A stretch of 57,789 nucleotides of DNA, filler included, from Squatina squatina (lineage: Eukaryota), in the NCBI GenBank assembly GCA_031763465.1. It is 3 parts of 3 records of this genome, joined end to end, with 100 filler letters (N's around TTAATTAATTAA, not from the genome) between each part and the next. Parts side by side here need not be neighbours in the genome. Positions count along the whole stretch, not along the records: positions 1 to 27,956 come from JARFOE010000168.1; 2 more parts are not named here. One strand, written 5' to 3'. Of the stretch, positions 11,598 through 24,355 are shown piece by piece. The notes under the pieces are model-generated. The model was not told the origin of the DNA. It saw nothing but the letters and a program-made list of their open reading frames with translations, and searched no databases. Every line of letters begins with the position of its first letter. Within the stretch, counting starts at the first letter, position 1. The position numbers and the translations under genes are program-made.

Positions 11598-11912
11598 CTG
11601 GAAACATAAACCTCTATTAGTTATAATATTTCAGTTTGCTGGTAATCTTGCTCTCAAAATATCAGAAATGACCTTTTTAACAAGGACATTCCTGGATTAT
11701 TGAAAGGAAACACTGGTGAAATTACACATCTGCAGTTGAATATTTTAGAATCTCTTTGTTATTGCTGCATACAGTGAAAATAACTACCCGTTACCTTATT
11801 CTGACACCTGCGGAACAATGGGCACTCAACACAAAGCTATATGGGGTGAGGGGTCATGTAAGGATACTGCATGTGCCCATTATGGTCCTCTCATTCCACT
11901 GATGCTCATGAA

Positions 11913-12086
11913 CAACGTTCCCGTTAAGGTGCCTGCGCGCAAGGCCGCGCAATAATCTGAAAGGTCCAGCGCAGGCCGCTTACCGGCTTTTACATTGTAA
12001 ATGCCGCACATGCGCAGAAATTTCAAGGGACACGCATTGAAAGAAACAGGCTGCGCAGAACAAAGCGCAGCTTACGGGAAACTTTG
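11913..12086. mobile_element. hAT-type MITE
   Basis: Imperfect TIRs CAACGTTCCCGTTAAG and CTTACGGGAAACTTTG; 8-bp flanks CTCATGAA and CTCATCAA (7/8). Confidence 0.7.
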
Positions 12087-12182
12087 CTCATCAAATGAGG
12101 CTGTATCACATTCATAAAAGCTCAGTCCTGTCCTATCATTGATGAGTTATGCCCCACATACATAACGGTGCTTCTCTTGTAG

Positions 12183-12345
12183 CATCCTGGAACTCCCAGC
12201 CTAACGAGCACTGTGGGAGTACATTCACCACACGGACTGCAGCAGTTCAAGGCGGTGGCTCACCACCACCTTCTCGAGGGCAACGAGGGATGAGCAATAA
12301 ATGCTGACCTTGGTAGTGACACCCACATCCCAAGAATGAATATAG
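12183..12345 (+). mobile_element. LINE 3' tail fragment
   Basis: GGACTGCAGCAGTTCAAGGCGGTGGCTCACCACCACCTTCTC..AATAAATGCTG..CCCACATCCC, recalled as a shark LINE 3' end. Confidence 0.6.
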
Positions 12346-12463
12346 AAAAGGACGCGACTGGGAGTGGACTGCACATGGTTCGGCAGGGGAGCGACGTAGT
12401 TTAAAACAATAATTTTAAATGCCGGGAGAGATCGGAAAATATAGAAAAATACTAATTACATAC

Positions 12464-12584
12464 TTGCTGTATTGGTTGATTTTCCTCGTAAATTGAGCTG
12501 ATTTATGAATAACAGCACGTCGCTGGGGGGTCTCAATCTTTTCGCTTTTCTGATAAATCTTGGGAGAGCTTCATTTAGGGCAAG
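12464..12584 (-). CDS. Mesothelin-domain exon, 121 nt, phase 0-1 (linker where MSLN carries its furin site)
   Basis: ATGTAG|..|GTATGT; LALNEALPRFIRKAKRLRPPSDVLLFINQLNLRGKSTNTA. Confidence 0.85.
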
Positions 12585-13250
12585 CTACATGGGACAGAAT
12601 GTGAAAAGCTGAAGAAATTCACTGAAAAGATAACTGATTTCACACAGTCCCTGATTTGCCTGCGGTAACATTTGCAAGGAAACATATTTCACTGATGAAA
12701 ATATTTGCCGGAAAACATCAGTGCTATTCTGGAAAGAATCGTGACTGCAGGACAAAGGGAAGGTTGCCATGTCATCCACAGCCCCACCCTCCAACATCTT
12801 AAATTCAATGTGAGCCACCGGTGCTAAGTTGGTAAAAGAACATAAGCACAGGTAAAAGCAGCTCTGCGTAGAGTTCTGAATGAGCCTCACCAGATTCTAA
12901 TGAAAGCTACAATGATTTAGAAACCAATACATCTTCAGATCCAATTCTGAGTCTCCAAATATAAGGTTCAACAAAAGCACCACAACCACATTACAGGTCC
13001 GTGACAAACTGCCCAGTTCATGAAGTCACCACGTATGCCATCGTGATTTCAAACTGGAACTCATTTTTATGCGGGTGCCAATGTTTTCCTTAAATAACAA
13101 GTGTTCATCACATGGGATTTGAATCACCTAAGGTTTCGCAAGAACAGGCTTTAACTGAAGAGACTATTATAGTCCAACCAAGGAACTCGTCAGGGTTATT
13201 GTCTCACAAACTTAGCTATCGGAATCAATTTTAAACCGAATAAAGCATAC

Positions 13251-13338
13251 CCTGTTTACTTGACTCCATGTGTCTGTCAAAGCCAACGGAAGATTTCCGA
13301 GATCATGTATTGTAGATGACGACCAGGATGAAGGAAGA
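13251..13338 (-). CDS. Mesothelin-domain exon, 88 nt, phase 2-0
   Basis: TCTGTAG|..|GTATGC; LPSSWSSSTIHDLGNLPLALTDTWSQVNR. Confidence 0.9.
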
Positions 13339-14117
13339 CTACAGACAAACAAGAAACTCTCAGTTGAAGAGTACATTGCTATAAGTGCCAGCTTAGAACT
13401 TAAACCCACATGTACCCACTGTGATTCAACAGTTAATAATCTGCAATGGAAGTCCTCTAAATATTCATCCTCAAACTTTTCTGAATTACACTGAGCAATT
13501 TTTAAATTTCCAAGCCCAAACGTCACCTTACTTTCAAAATCATTCCCATGGAAATATATAGGCATTTTTTCAGTTGGGATGTGGAGGAAGGAAAAACTTC
13601 AACATAAAGAAGAACCCTTTTCACACACAAGTATAACTACCTTTCTTCTGGCCGCAGGCTGCTAGAGCAGTCAATAGAGTGCTTAGGAATATAGGAATTG
13701 CTAAACAAAAACAGACCAAGGTTCATCCTGTTCACCTTCTACCATCCTGCGAGTCACAAGATACAACGACATGGAGTTGTTGACTAATCATGGCGATCAA
13801 TCTCTATCAATTAGTCTACAACAAACCCAGACATGGGGTGAGGAAAGTCCCAGCGGCGCAAAGCTTTCGGAACCGTAGGTCCACAGTCGCTTGTTCTTCC
13901 CAATCAAGCATGTACCTCCCCATACTGGAAGTTGGCAGGTTTCAGGTCCAAGTCTGCTGTTATTACCTGCTTCTACTGGGGTATACATGGGGATTGTTGT
14001 ATGGACAGTATCCACATTCCCCTTAGAAAGTTTACAGTATTACAAGAAGCAATGAAGCATGAAATTAAGAAACTCTGGTTTCATCTACAAGGAAATTCGG
14101 GAACATTTCACACTCAC

Positions 14118-14308
14118 CCGTATTTGCTGGCTTCACTCTGAAGTAGACCTTCAATTGCTCTCTTCTGATCCTCTCTGTATGAGGTGCAATTCTTTAATGC
14201 ATCCAAAATGGAAATATCAGATTCAGTGATAATGGATCCCTCGAGGTCACAGACCAAAACACCCAGTACAGCCACACTTTCCTTCGTCAGATTCCTGCCA
14301 GAAATTCC
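14118..14308 (-). CDS. Mesothelin-domain exon, 191 nt, phase 0-2
   Basis: TTCAG|..|GTGAGT; GISGRNLTKESVAVLGVLVCDLEGSIITESDISILDALKNCTSYREDQKRAIEGLLQSEASKY. Confidence 0.92.
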
Positions 14309-15405
14309 CTGAATGTTTGGCAAAATGAGCAACATTAATTCAGCAGCAGAATATGTTTTTTTGCACACAAATGAAACTCAGTTCATCTTTACCATTTGAA
14401 GACTACAACAGTTGCATGAAATAACAGTGCCATAATTCATCGACATTATCAAGAAAATATGAGAATTTTTCATCTTGTCTTGGACTTCATTGAAAACTCA
14501 GATTGCAGCTTCCGCTAAATGAATCCCAAAATATTTTCCCACTCATCAACAGTGCGGCAGTCAGTCCTTTTGTAGCATTCTAGTGTGAGGGGAATGAAGT
14601 GTAAATGAGGAAAGTGTATGTTATCCCGAAAAAATCTTTGGAAGTGCAGTCAATGTTGTTTTGTAGACAAACACAGGAGCCAATTTACACACAGCCAGGT
14701 GACACAAATCGGTAGAAAGGCCTCTGGTTAACTTTGCATGTGAAAGACAGCACCTCCCATAATACAGCACCAAGTGCCAATATAGATTCTGTCTTCATGT
14801 ACTGAAGTGGGACTTTAACCCACAAGTTTCTGACACACAGGTAAGAATGCTAACGCTGAACCAAACTGACACTAAGTGAATTAACAATTTTGTGGTTAGC
14901 AGGTTCAAGATGAAACAAGATGCAACATATACACTCTGCTAAGCAAAGACAGTGAAGCATGCTTCAGAATTCTTTTATTACAGGCTGGAACTCTCAAAGA
15001 AAGGGACTATTTCGAGTAGTCCATCAGTGTATTAAAAAGCTTAGAAATGATATGATGTTCCATATCATGATAGGAATGCTCACTTTGTAAGCACAGCCTA
15101 CTGCCTTTGTGGCCACTAAAGGGATTTTATTCCATTGATGTAATGACGTAACACCCTCTACTCATTCCTACATTCTAAAATTCTTATATTCTGACCCATG
15201 TACCAATGATCAAAACGCAAAGCAAATACTGACCACTTTTGAAAGGAAGTAGCTATGGTAAAGTGTGAAGAAAGGCTTCCACCCCCTAGGCCTGGGCACG
15301 GAGGACAACGGTCATATCCATGCCACTAGAACTGGCGTCCAGTAACTGAGTTATCCTCAGTTTATTGTGACCATGCCTAACACTTCGGTTTGTACTGGCT
15401 CTTAC

Positions 15406-15535
15406 CAAACAGGTTGTGGCATCATGCAACATATTTCGGCTTCTTGCTGATCCTTTTCCTAAGATATTAATGTTTGATTTCCCAACTAATTTGAAGAATG
15501 TCTGGCAGTTGGAGAATCTCCTGAGGTCTGCAGAG
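15406..15535 (-). CDS. Mesothelin-domain exon, 130 nt, phase 2-0
   Basis: TTTGTAG|..|GTAAGA; SADLRRFSNCQTFFKLVGKSNINILGKGSARSRNMLHDATTCL. Confidence 0.9.
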
Positions 15536-16419
15536 CTACAAAGTGAAACAGGAGATGCATTCAGATTATTTTAAAGGAGGATGAACAGATTGATTGGTGA
15601 CTTCCCCAGTCTCAATTTCCTCTCCTTTTCTCCCTTCCTCTACTCAAGGCACACACACAGACACATGCAGATACAGACATATACAAACACACACACTCTT
15701 CCAAGATGGATATCAGTGTCTTCCACCCCCTAGGCCTGGACACCGAAGACAATTGTCACACCCATACCACTGCCTTCACACCATCTCATTTTGAAACATT
15801 AATTTATGCATTATATCCACAATGAAATGATTAAATATTAGAATTTTTAAAACTTGCTCATTGAGCCAAATTCAATCTAACCAACATTCTATGCTGTTCT
15901 TCTGTTTTCATCCTGGCTTATTCTACAGTTATTTTTTCAATAGATGTCTCAGAGGCATATATCCTTAACACCAAACATCATTCACAAACAGCGGTAAAAT
16001 AGTAGGTGACCTGCTCCTGGCTGCTGAGTGCAGGTACAACTCGTTAATACCATCTCTAATTGTCAGCCTCCTCTGCTGGCGATGTGCATCTTCTCTAATA
16101 ACTGTCTTTTCTATCTCGACACTCTTATTTCATTTTTCTCTTTCATTCATGGTTTCGGTGGAAGTGAAAGATCTACAAAGCTACCAAAACATGCGAGGAA
16201 ATCACATACTTTTGGAAAATGGTCTCAATCACAGTCAACTTTTCAAATTTTCCAATAGGTCACATTGATGAGGAAACAAATACACTTTTGATCAATGCGC
16301 TAGAGTTATATCGCAAAGGAAATTACAAGTTAAAAGCGCTCAAGGGTCATTACAGACTTCATTATCAAAGCTCTATTCAACAAAACAACTGAGGAAAATT
16401 CTGATGAAATATAACATAC

Positions 16420-16505
16420 TTGAAGAACAGCAGCACATCCACTGGGAGGGTGTCAATGGCTAATCGAGTTCGATTAGAAGTTAGTCTAGCAGCCATACAG
16501 TCCAG
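16420..16505 (-). CDS. Mesothelin-domain exon, 86 nt, phase 0-2
   Basis: TTTCAG|..|GTATGT; LDCMAARLTSNRTRLAIDTLPVDVLLFF (cf. MSLN LRCLAHRL..LPLDLLLFL). Confidence 0.92.
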
Positions 16506-17199
16506 CTGAAAAGAGAGGCCACAAATTCATGTTGAGAACAGAAACATAAAAACCTACATTCGTTGGTGATGTTCCACAGTACACCCCGTTTTCTTTTGTT
16601 GCAAATGGCGTTCCCTGAGGTTGGTGGCCAGCAGAAGATAGGAAGTTTTGCAAAATTGCAACAACCAACATCTCACCTCCACATAAACCATAACTTACGA
16701 CTCGACTCAGCTGCATCTCAGACTTAAAGTAAGTTTCACTCACATTTGCGTCCTTGGAAAATTGGCATGTGTCTACTTGAATATCAAGTAGACTTGAGCT
16801 ATCACACATGTTGTTAACTCAATCAATCTTGCAGTTAGATAGTTGAATGAGTATCTTACACTGCCAAATGTCCATGCTGTAAGGTGCTGTGCCTCAGTCA
16901 TTTGGTCAAGGTTGACCATGGCATGCCGTTTTGTCACATTATACCCTAGCCCTGATATTACAGGGGAGATTTAACAAATTTGTGCTCCTGGCACTGACCT
17001 TTGGTGCTCAGAGCACAAAGCATGAATTAGAGCATGGAGGTCACTGAGTCCCATAGGATTTTTCATTCATTAAAATTAATTTGAAAAATATACTCTGTTA
17101 CTTTTATATTTAAACCAATCCATCAGCAGCAATGGGAAATGCACTTAATGGGAATGCACTCAAACATTCCTCCAATGTGACTTTTGTGAATGACCTCAC

Positions 17200-17320
17200 C
17201 TGATTTTCATCAAGCACGACCCCTTTACCCTTCATTGCTTGAACAAGTTGAATAAATGTAGTAAAATTCAGGGTCTTCACTGCACCACAACTGAAGCCTT
17301 GCAGGACAGTGGGTGAGAAT
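17200..17320 (-). CDS. Mesothelin-domain exon, 121 nt, phase 2-0
   Basis: TTTCAG|..|GTGAGG; FSPTVLQGFSCGAVKTLNFTTFIQLVQAMKGKGVVLDENQ (cf. MSLN LLGFPC..KLSTEQ). Confidence 0.92.
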
Positions 17321-18040
17321 CTGAAACAAATAACGACATTAATTCATTTCTAAGTAACTCAATTTCTTTGTCATTTTCAAACCTGCTATCACAATCTCTA
17401 CATCATTTATATTTGCAACACAATCATCCATTGAGTGACTGGATCTCGACTATTACACATTTTTGGATTTTACCTGTCTGAACACTGAGATACTGAGCCT
17501 AACTTAACAATCACGAGGGACTGAGTTGTGAAACGAGGGCTTTCACACTTGCATGACTGTACTTTAGGGAACTTTTCAATCAGAAATGTACTCTCACTTG
17601 GGCCAAATCATTCACCTCTATTTAATGATTTCAGTTACCACTAGATGCAAGTTCTGCTGCAGCCTAATGTGGTTCATTGTGTGCCTGAAATCTTGATCTT
17701 ATAGTTTAGAGCAGGTGTGAACAGGAACTTGTGGATTATAGGGGACACATTGTCCAATTGGAGCTCCCAATGGTGGGATCCAGAAATAGTCATTGTCATT
17801 GCACTGGACAAAATATTCAGCTGGTAAATGTAACTCTGTGAAAGATAGTGGGAGCATTCTATTCACAACAGGTTTAATTACTGACTTGAACAAACTATAA
17901 CTCAGTTCCGTGGGGAGAAAAATCTGCTCTACAGATTATATATCGAAGCTCAAACAAAACTAAACTACACAGATGATGATAAAGACAGACAGAAGATGAT
18001 AGGTAGAGAACCAGTTAATTTGTCAAAGAATATTGCTTAC

Positions 18041-18090
18041 TTCTTAAAATTCTTGCTGCTTCTGACCACATATTCAAAGAACACAGCAGA
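18041..18090 (-). CDS. Mesothelin-like exon, 50 nt, phase 0-2
   Basis: CCCACAG|..|GTAAGC; SAVFFEYVVRSSKNFK. Confidence 0.85.
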
Positions 18091-18300
18091 CTGTGGGACA
18101 AAAACACTTAAATCATTAATATACACAATGGTGTTACAAACTGCTCCAATACGAATGTAATTGGACTGGGACAACACGCTAGATAGTGTTATGTCAGGTC
18201 TGATTTTTAAACTTATCTTTGAATTAATGCACATTTGCCAGCTGCAGCTGAATTTCTTTCCAGGCACTGCCTTCGACAGTCAAACAATAGAATCATTTAC

Positions 18301-18438
18301 CTGACTGGGAACCCACTGTTTGTTGTTGACATCATTGAGGCTGAGGTTTGAAGTTAACAGCACAGGTGGGACCTCTTTGGCTAGAACAGATGGAATGTTC
18401 TTTACTGTTGTTACAGAGTCATTTACATTCCGCAACAC
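18301..18438 (-). CDS. Mesothelin-like exon, 138 nt, phase 0-0
   Basis: CTCAG|..|GTAAAT; VLRNVNDSVTTVKNIPSVLAKEVPPVLLTSNLSLNDVNNKQWVPSQ. Confidence 0.88.
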
Positions 18439-18621
18439 CTGAGTTAGAATGAAACAGAATATAATTTAAACCAGAACGTACAACACCCTGTGAGCAGCAC
18501 CTGAAGATGAAAACAGTCTTCAGACCAGAGCATCAACATTGAAGAAATGGAGGCAGAAGTAGGAAACAAATTAGATTTTAGGTTAATTATAATGCATTGA
18601 TATATATCCCATGTCACTCAC

Positions 18622-18792
18622 CTGCAGAACACAGATCAGCTGTATAGGTTGTGGTGCTGCTGCAATATTCTCAACTAATGTCGGGTTTGAGATTACATCG
18701 ATTAACACCCCAGGATCAATGCGCTGGAACACACCGCTTGGAATACCAGACACCAAGCTTCCCAGACCCAACAGAGTCTGTCTGCTATTGAC
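18622..18792 (-). CDS. Mesothelin-like exon, 171 nt, phase 0-0
   Basis: AACTAG|..|GTGAGT; VNSRQTLLGLGSLVSGIPSGVFQRIDPGVLIDVISNPTLVENIAAAPQPIQLICVLQ. Confidence 0.88.
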
Positions 18793-19669
18793 CTAGTTAA
18801 AAATCAGAAGACAAACCAAATGCTGTCAGAAGATGTCACAGGAATAAATCAGTTTTCCACCTTTTGTGACATAACAGTGCGATTACAAACTTGTCCGGCT
18901 CCCCCCGCAATTGTTCAGAGAAAAGGTGATGAACGATAACATAAAATATTCTGCTATCACTTCAGTTGGCTTCACCTCTCCACACTTGGCTTAAGGTTCA
19001 ATTCCTCTTAGTTTACACAAGAACCTGGATCCATAAGGACATGATCATTGGAACTCATGTAATAAGGTAATGATGGACGTGGCATAAAGGACACCTGTTT
19101 AAAATGTAATATTTAAAATTTGCTAATTCAATTGGACTCGTCAAAAAGGTGAGTTTTGGTTTGAGAATAAATCTGGTGTCGGCCATTTTTGCAGAGGTAA
19201 TGTTTAACAAAAAAACCTTCATAAGGTGCCAGTGATCTGAAAGTTGTCATCTCTATCCCATTCTTCTCAGACCTCCATTTGGAGCACACAAATACAATTC
19301 TGCCAGAACAATTATATGAAGCTAGATTTAATGACAACAAGGAGAATGTGGCTCTCTGTTCATTGATAGTCTTCCACCATCCACAAACATAAAATTCATT
19401 GCATCAGGCTGGATCTGCTTCTACACCAGATTTTTAGCCACTCCAGAGACACCAATTTGGTTTACTACGGCAGTATTCTTTACATGCCAGTGAATCATCT
19501 GTAATGGTCTTTCAGATGTATACTGCACCACACGGTATTAAAAATATAGCCACTAAACTAGTAAGCCAGCACACATCAAATATCACTGTCTTTAGAGCAG
19601 ATGAAATGTTCATCCGCTTCATTCAGCCGTCTATCACTATAATGTATTTCTGATTTAGTCAACTTTTAC

Positions 19670-19882
19670 CTGGAAGCCATTTTTGAGTAACGTGGTTACA
19701 ATCGCATTGGCCTGGCCAACATTCCAGCCTTTGACATTACCCAGGCTTGGCAGTGCTTGCTCCAGAGTGTTCCCATCGACACTGTTAATCTGTGACACAG
19801 ACAGTCCGACAGCCGTTTGTCCCAAAGTATTGAAAGTGCTGACTGAAAAGTTATCAATTTTGCTCACTAAAACTTTCTGCAG
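19670..19882 (-). CDS. Mesothelin-like exon, 213 nt, phase 0-0
   Basis: TTTTCCAG|..|GTAAAA; LQKVLVSKIDNFSVSTFNTLGQTAVGLSVSQINSVDGNTLEQALPSLGNVKGWNVGQANAIVTTLLKNGFQ. Confidence 0.9.
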
Positions 19883-19980
19883 CTGGAAAAGAAACAGAAA
19901 TAGCATTAATACTGGACGACTTTCTGAGCATGCACACCAAGTGAGATCACAATGTTTTGCAGCAAATCTTTCCTACTTAC

Positions 19981-20158
19981 CTTCAGTTGTTCATCTGTTG
20001 GACCATCAGCAGGTAATGATCCATTGGTAGTTGTGCGAGGTGGCACGTTCAGCCCACAGACTTGGTTTATCTTTCCGATCACAGCCAAGACTTGCTGTGC
20101 ACTCAAGGACTGAAGTAGATTAGTATCGGTAACGAAGCAAACCAGAGCGTCTGGCAGA
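19981..20158 (-). CDS. Mesothelin-like exon, 178 nt, phase 2-0
   Basis: TTTTACAG|..|GTAAGT; LPDALVCFVTDTNLLQSLSAQQVLAVIGKINQVCGLNVPPRTTTNGSLPADGPTDEQLK. Confidence 0.88.
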
Positions 20159-20884
20159 CTGTAAAAGAATGTCAGTCACAGATTGTATTCGTATAACATT
20201 CAGAACCACAGCGCTCTGCATTCTGTAGATGCAGTAAGATAAGTTACAAATAAAACCTTGGAATAATTTCCGAGTTCATCAAACTGCATATTTTTCGATT
20301 GCCCATCTTACCCTCTATTTTCCCCCAAAATACTTTATTTCGTTTCAAAGTTGCAATAACTTTTTTCATTAAAAGATCTGAAACTATGAAAAAGAAATCT
20401 CGCTTTCTCGTTGTCTCTCCCTCTTTCTGTCTCACAGTGGTCAGTAATTAGAATTGTTACATCTTCCAACGGTCAACAAAACAAAGCTCGGGTCTTGAAG
20501 TTGTGTAGGGATTCTCCTCTCACCAACTGCGAACTGTTTTTAAACAATAAATCTTTAAAAAATGTTATATTTAAGTTTTTAACTCTCTTTCAACTTGCTT
20601 CAATCAATTAATTCATTTTGTTCAAACTCAGGTCACCTGCTCTGGCAACCCGTTCCGCATTCCCTTCGGGCCTTTGTCTTCCCGCCTTTGGGCACCCACC
20701 CCGCTTGAGCCTTCGGCCTCTGATGGACCGTTTCCCATCTGCCCACTCTTCTACTTCCCCGCATCCCTGCTCAGCAAATTCAGAATGCAGTTTCTTTCTA
20801 TTGGTTTCAGATCCATAAAGATTACGAACAGAATCTTCCATTTCACAACTCATGTGGAGAAAATATGAACTGTCAAAGACGTAC

Positions 20885-21009
20885 CTAGAAACATCAACAT
20901 TAGGATTGTTTTTGAGCAGCAAGTTGAGGTAGAACTTTGAAATTTCAGTGGATAACGTCAGATTTACCAGAAGTGCCAGGTTTTCAGGGTTTACAGCGAA
21001 TTCTTGAAG
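20885..21009 (-). CDS. Mesothelin-like exon, 125 nt, phase 0-2
   Basis: GCGCAG|..|GTACGT; LQEFAVNPENLALLVNLTLSTEISKFYLNLLLKNNPNVDVS. Confidence 0.88.
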
Positions 21010-21492
21010 CTGCGCAGAGATTAGGAGAAATTACAAATATCGACACCAATGATGCAATGCTCTTTCTATAGGTTAAACAATGAAACTTTAAGGTTCATGT
21101 TGCAGCAACACATAATTGCAGTGAATATGGATTTCAACAACACTTCACAGTGACATTAGTGGCAAACTTCTAACATAAAAACCAGTAGGAGTATAAAGTC
21201 ATCTTGGGTGGTTGCACAAAATGGACGATCATGCTCATTTTGCACTCCGCACGATTTTCTTAACCATTGACTTCAAATGGGCTGCCGATTTGCTGTCTCC
21301 TGTTTCGTGCTACTGTCCAACACGATTTACACCCCATAGGAAGCAAACTATTAATTTAGTTGGCAACATAATTCAGAGTAAATTTGTCATACACTCAGAG
21401 CTTCATGTAACCGGATCTTTGAGAACAGGTCAGTTCTCCCAAGAACTCTATCATTTACCATCCCAATCTTAGAGTAAAAGGAAAATATGTAC

Positions 21493-21626
21493 CTGTGTTT
21501 CATTATCTGAGAAAGACTGAAGATCAGTCAGTGATATTTGGTTCATATATAGTCCCAGATATTGAGCAAACCAAGCAGTGGAGTTCATGGCTGGATCATT
21601 TACAGTGTAGCATTTCGGTTTGGGAC
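21493..21626 (-). CDS. Mesothelin-like exon, 134 nt, phase 1-0
   Basis: ACAG|..|GTACAT; GPKPKCYTVNDPAMNSTAWFAQYLGLYMNQISLTDLQSFSDNETQ. Confidence 0.9.
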
Positions 21627-22079
21627 CTGTTATATAAAGTAATTCCACATTAACTCTAAATAAAATGGTCTGTCATTTTTAAAAGCATGTTATAACTTCC
21701 ACACAATTTTTGCTACCAAAAGGGTTTCTCCCCCTCCCCCTCCAGAATTACTGCACATTTTAAAACAACCTATCTCCCCTCCCCATGGTGGTCGCTCTCG
21801 CTGTCGTACAGTTCCATGGGTGCCAGCAGCCTGGCACTGCTCTGCAATTTGTCACGTCTGAGCCTAAACAGGAAGTGTCAGCAGGCTTCTTGACTGCAGA
21901 GACATCACAACCCAGCTGGATCCCGTCTTCACCGCTCATCAACTCGGGCACCATTTCCAGTAAAGGTCTCTGGATGGTGACAGCAGCGGAAACCCCGGCC
22001 GATTTTTCACTTTCCTCGTCTAAGCCAAGTAACAATAGCCCCACTTCTGAGACTTTAAAACAATAGAGTGCAACTTCAC

Positions 22080-22168
22080 CTTGTTGTAGGTAAGCTTTAA
22101 TGCCATTGTAGATTTCCTTCTGTTTGTCGGAGGTAAAGTCACTGTAACGAGCACTCAGCGTTTTCACA
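22080..22168 (-). CDS. Mesothelin-like exon, 89 nt, phase 2-1
   Basis: CTTTAG|..|GTGAAG; VKTLSARYSDFTSDKQKEIYNGIKAYLQQ. Confidence 0.88.
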
Positions 22169-22290
22169 CTAAAGATGAAATTTAATAACATTTTAGAATT
22201 TCATCTGCAGATCAAGTTCAATTACTGATAAGTTCAATTTAAAGCAACACAATAGAAATGAAGATATTATAATGATAGAACCAAAAAAAG

Positions 22291-22314
22291 GTGTGTGTGT
22301 GCGCGCGCGCACGC
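22291..22314. repeat. (GT)5(GC)5 alternating purine-pyrimidine microsatellite
   Basis: GTGTGTGTGTGCGCGCGCGCACGC. Confidence 0.8.
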
Positions 22315-22534
22315 TTTCCTCTTTTTTCCCCCTAATTATAGATGATGACCACCAGCAACCTGAACGTTAGATATTCTTTGTCATGCCATATTCTCCTTTC
22401 TCAGTTACAATCATTCAGCTGTCGCGCACTGCTGATGTAATGGTCAAAATAATCCTGGAGAACGTTTTACACTGGAAAACAAGGGACTTGGCTCATGTGA
22501 AGATACATTCCTGAATGGATGTGACTGTACTTAC

Positions 22535-22734
22535 ATTTTCCTGTATGAAAGACAGCGAACTCTCAGAGTGTTGTTGGAAGACAAAAGAGGGGTGGTGATA
22601 AATGCAAGATATGGAGTTAGTCTGACATTAAGCCATTCATCCACCTCTGATTCATTGAGCACAGGCAGGCTGTTGGTAAACTGAAGCCACAGACCCTCTA
22701 TGATGGCAGCTCGATTACCAGCGGACAGATTACT
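22535..22734 (-). CDS. Mesothelin-like exon, 200 nt, phase 0-2
   Basis: TTGCAG|..|GTAAGT; SNLSAGNRAAIIEGLWLQFTNSLPVLNESEVDEWLNVRLTPYLAFITTPLLSSNNTLRVRCLSYRK. Confidence 0.9.
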
Positions 22735-23417
22735 CTGCAAAAGGAAAAGGATATAGACTTGTTTTAAAACAAAATACTATAATTGTAACATGATGACAAA
22801 GATTCCCTCAGCTTGCCATGTGACTCCACCAAGTAGATACATTCTTGAAGATTAGCTCTACTAAACTGGAAACTAGGGCTGAGCATTTGTTACAATCAGA
22901 GTTAGGCTTTGGAGGGAATAAAGTTACTGTTCTCTGATTCGGATCCACAGGTTTAAGCTATAACCACTGCAAATCCCACCACCCCCACCCACCTTGCGCT
23001 GTCAGTGAGTTCTCTTGTCTGAGTGTTGTGGGTGAGATAACTAGTCCAGTCACTGCACACTTGTATTTCCCAATGAGAAATCATGGAAAACATTCATGTG
23101 GTCCCCAAATTTCAGCCAGCTGAGGAACGTCCGGAAAAGAAATGGGCAGGAAAGAAAAAAAACTCCACAATCCTTGTATACCCTGCCAAATCTTGCCCAC
23201 GCGCACTTGTTAATGTACAGTCAAAGCATCCACACCTCCTTACACCCGCACCTTTGTCCTCCTGTGACAGGCATTTAGACTCCCAATAAATACTCCAGGA
23301 CCACAGCCCACACACTCACACTGCTCCGACATAACGGGCACCATTTTGTTTGAACCACTACAGTTTATCTACATTACATCCTGTGATCTGAAAGGTAAAA
23401 TAACATTTGCAGCTCAC

Positions 23418-23573
23418 TTCGTGGCTTTTTTGATTGAATTCATCTATGAATGTAGCCAGATTCTGGATGGGCTGGATATGGCTTAACAATACGGTCAGAA
23501 TCTTCTTGTCATTAATGAAGCCAGGCTTGCTCAGCGCATCAGCTAATTCACTGGGATCAGTGACATTCAACAC
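23418..23573 (-). CDS. Mesothelin-like exon, 156 nt, phase 0-0
   Basis: TTTACAG|..|GTGAGC; VLNVTDPSELADALSKPGFINDKKILTVLLSHIQPIQNLATFIDEFNQKSHE. Confidence 0.88.
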
Positions 23574-24227
23574 CTGTAAAAACACAATAGAGAATTTCTC
23601 AACTTCATGTAAATAACTGGCAGCAGACCGTGTAAAGCAACTGAACGCGGACACCACCAGATTAAACTTGTAAAATATTAATGACAATCACGGCCACTGT
23701 TAATCCTGTTTCATGTTGCAGACTAGCGTCACTTGGGTTCACACTCACAATGCTGACTCAACCCCAGGGGAGGGGTTTGTTGGATATGAAGGGTTTCTTC
23801 TGAGGGCCATGGGGAAAATAATAAAGCCAGTCAATGTAAAGCAGTGTTGTGCGCTTTCTAGAAACATGTCACACAATGCTTGCGCAAAGGTAGCTTCCCT
23901 CGCCTCTCAGTCAGCAACTAGCACATTGTGCATGAGCCTGAAGGATCGGAAAATTGGTTTCCCATCCCTCTTCCCCATGAAGCCACTGGGTAAAAGAACC
24001 TGGACCTGTTTTCTGCTCAGTCAACTGAATTTCTAACTCATTTCACCATCCAACTGCCCAAAATGTGCCCACAGTTCAAATCAGCCCCAGTGTTTTAGGG
24101 CTTCATCCAAGGTAAGACGCACTCTAAAATTGCTAGAATCACTGCAGCTGCTACTGGAATGTCAGGTAAGTAATGTTGACCGGGAAACACCCACCTCAGG
24201 TCACAAGAGAAATCATTTTGTTTTTAC

Positions 24228-24355
24228 CTCAACAACACGATTGGTAGGAAGCAGGAAAAACACATCAGTCAGAGTTAGCAACTCAGAGAAGCTTTGGAAA
24301 TAGGTGTTCACGTAGACAACATAACTGCCGTTTTCATAACAACGAAGTGGGAATG
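24228..24355 (-). CDS. Mesothelin-like exon, 128 nt, phase 1-0
   Basis: TTTTTCTCCCAG|..|GTAAAA; AFPLRCYENGSYVVYVNTYFQSFSELLTLTDVFFLLPTNRVVE. Confidence 0.88.
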
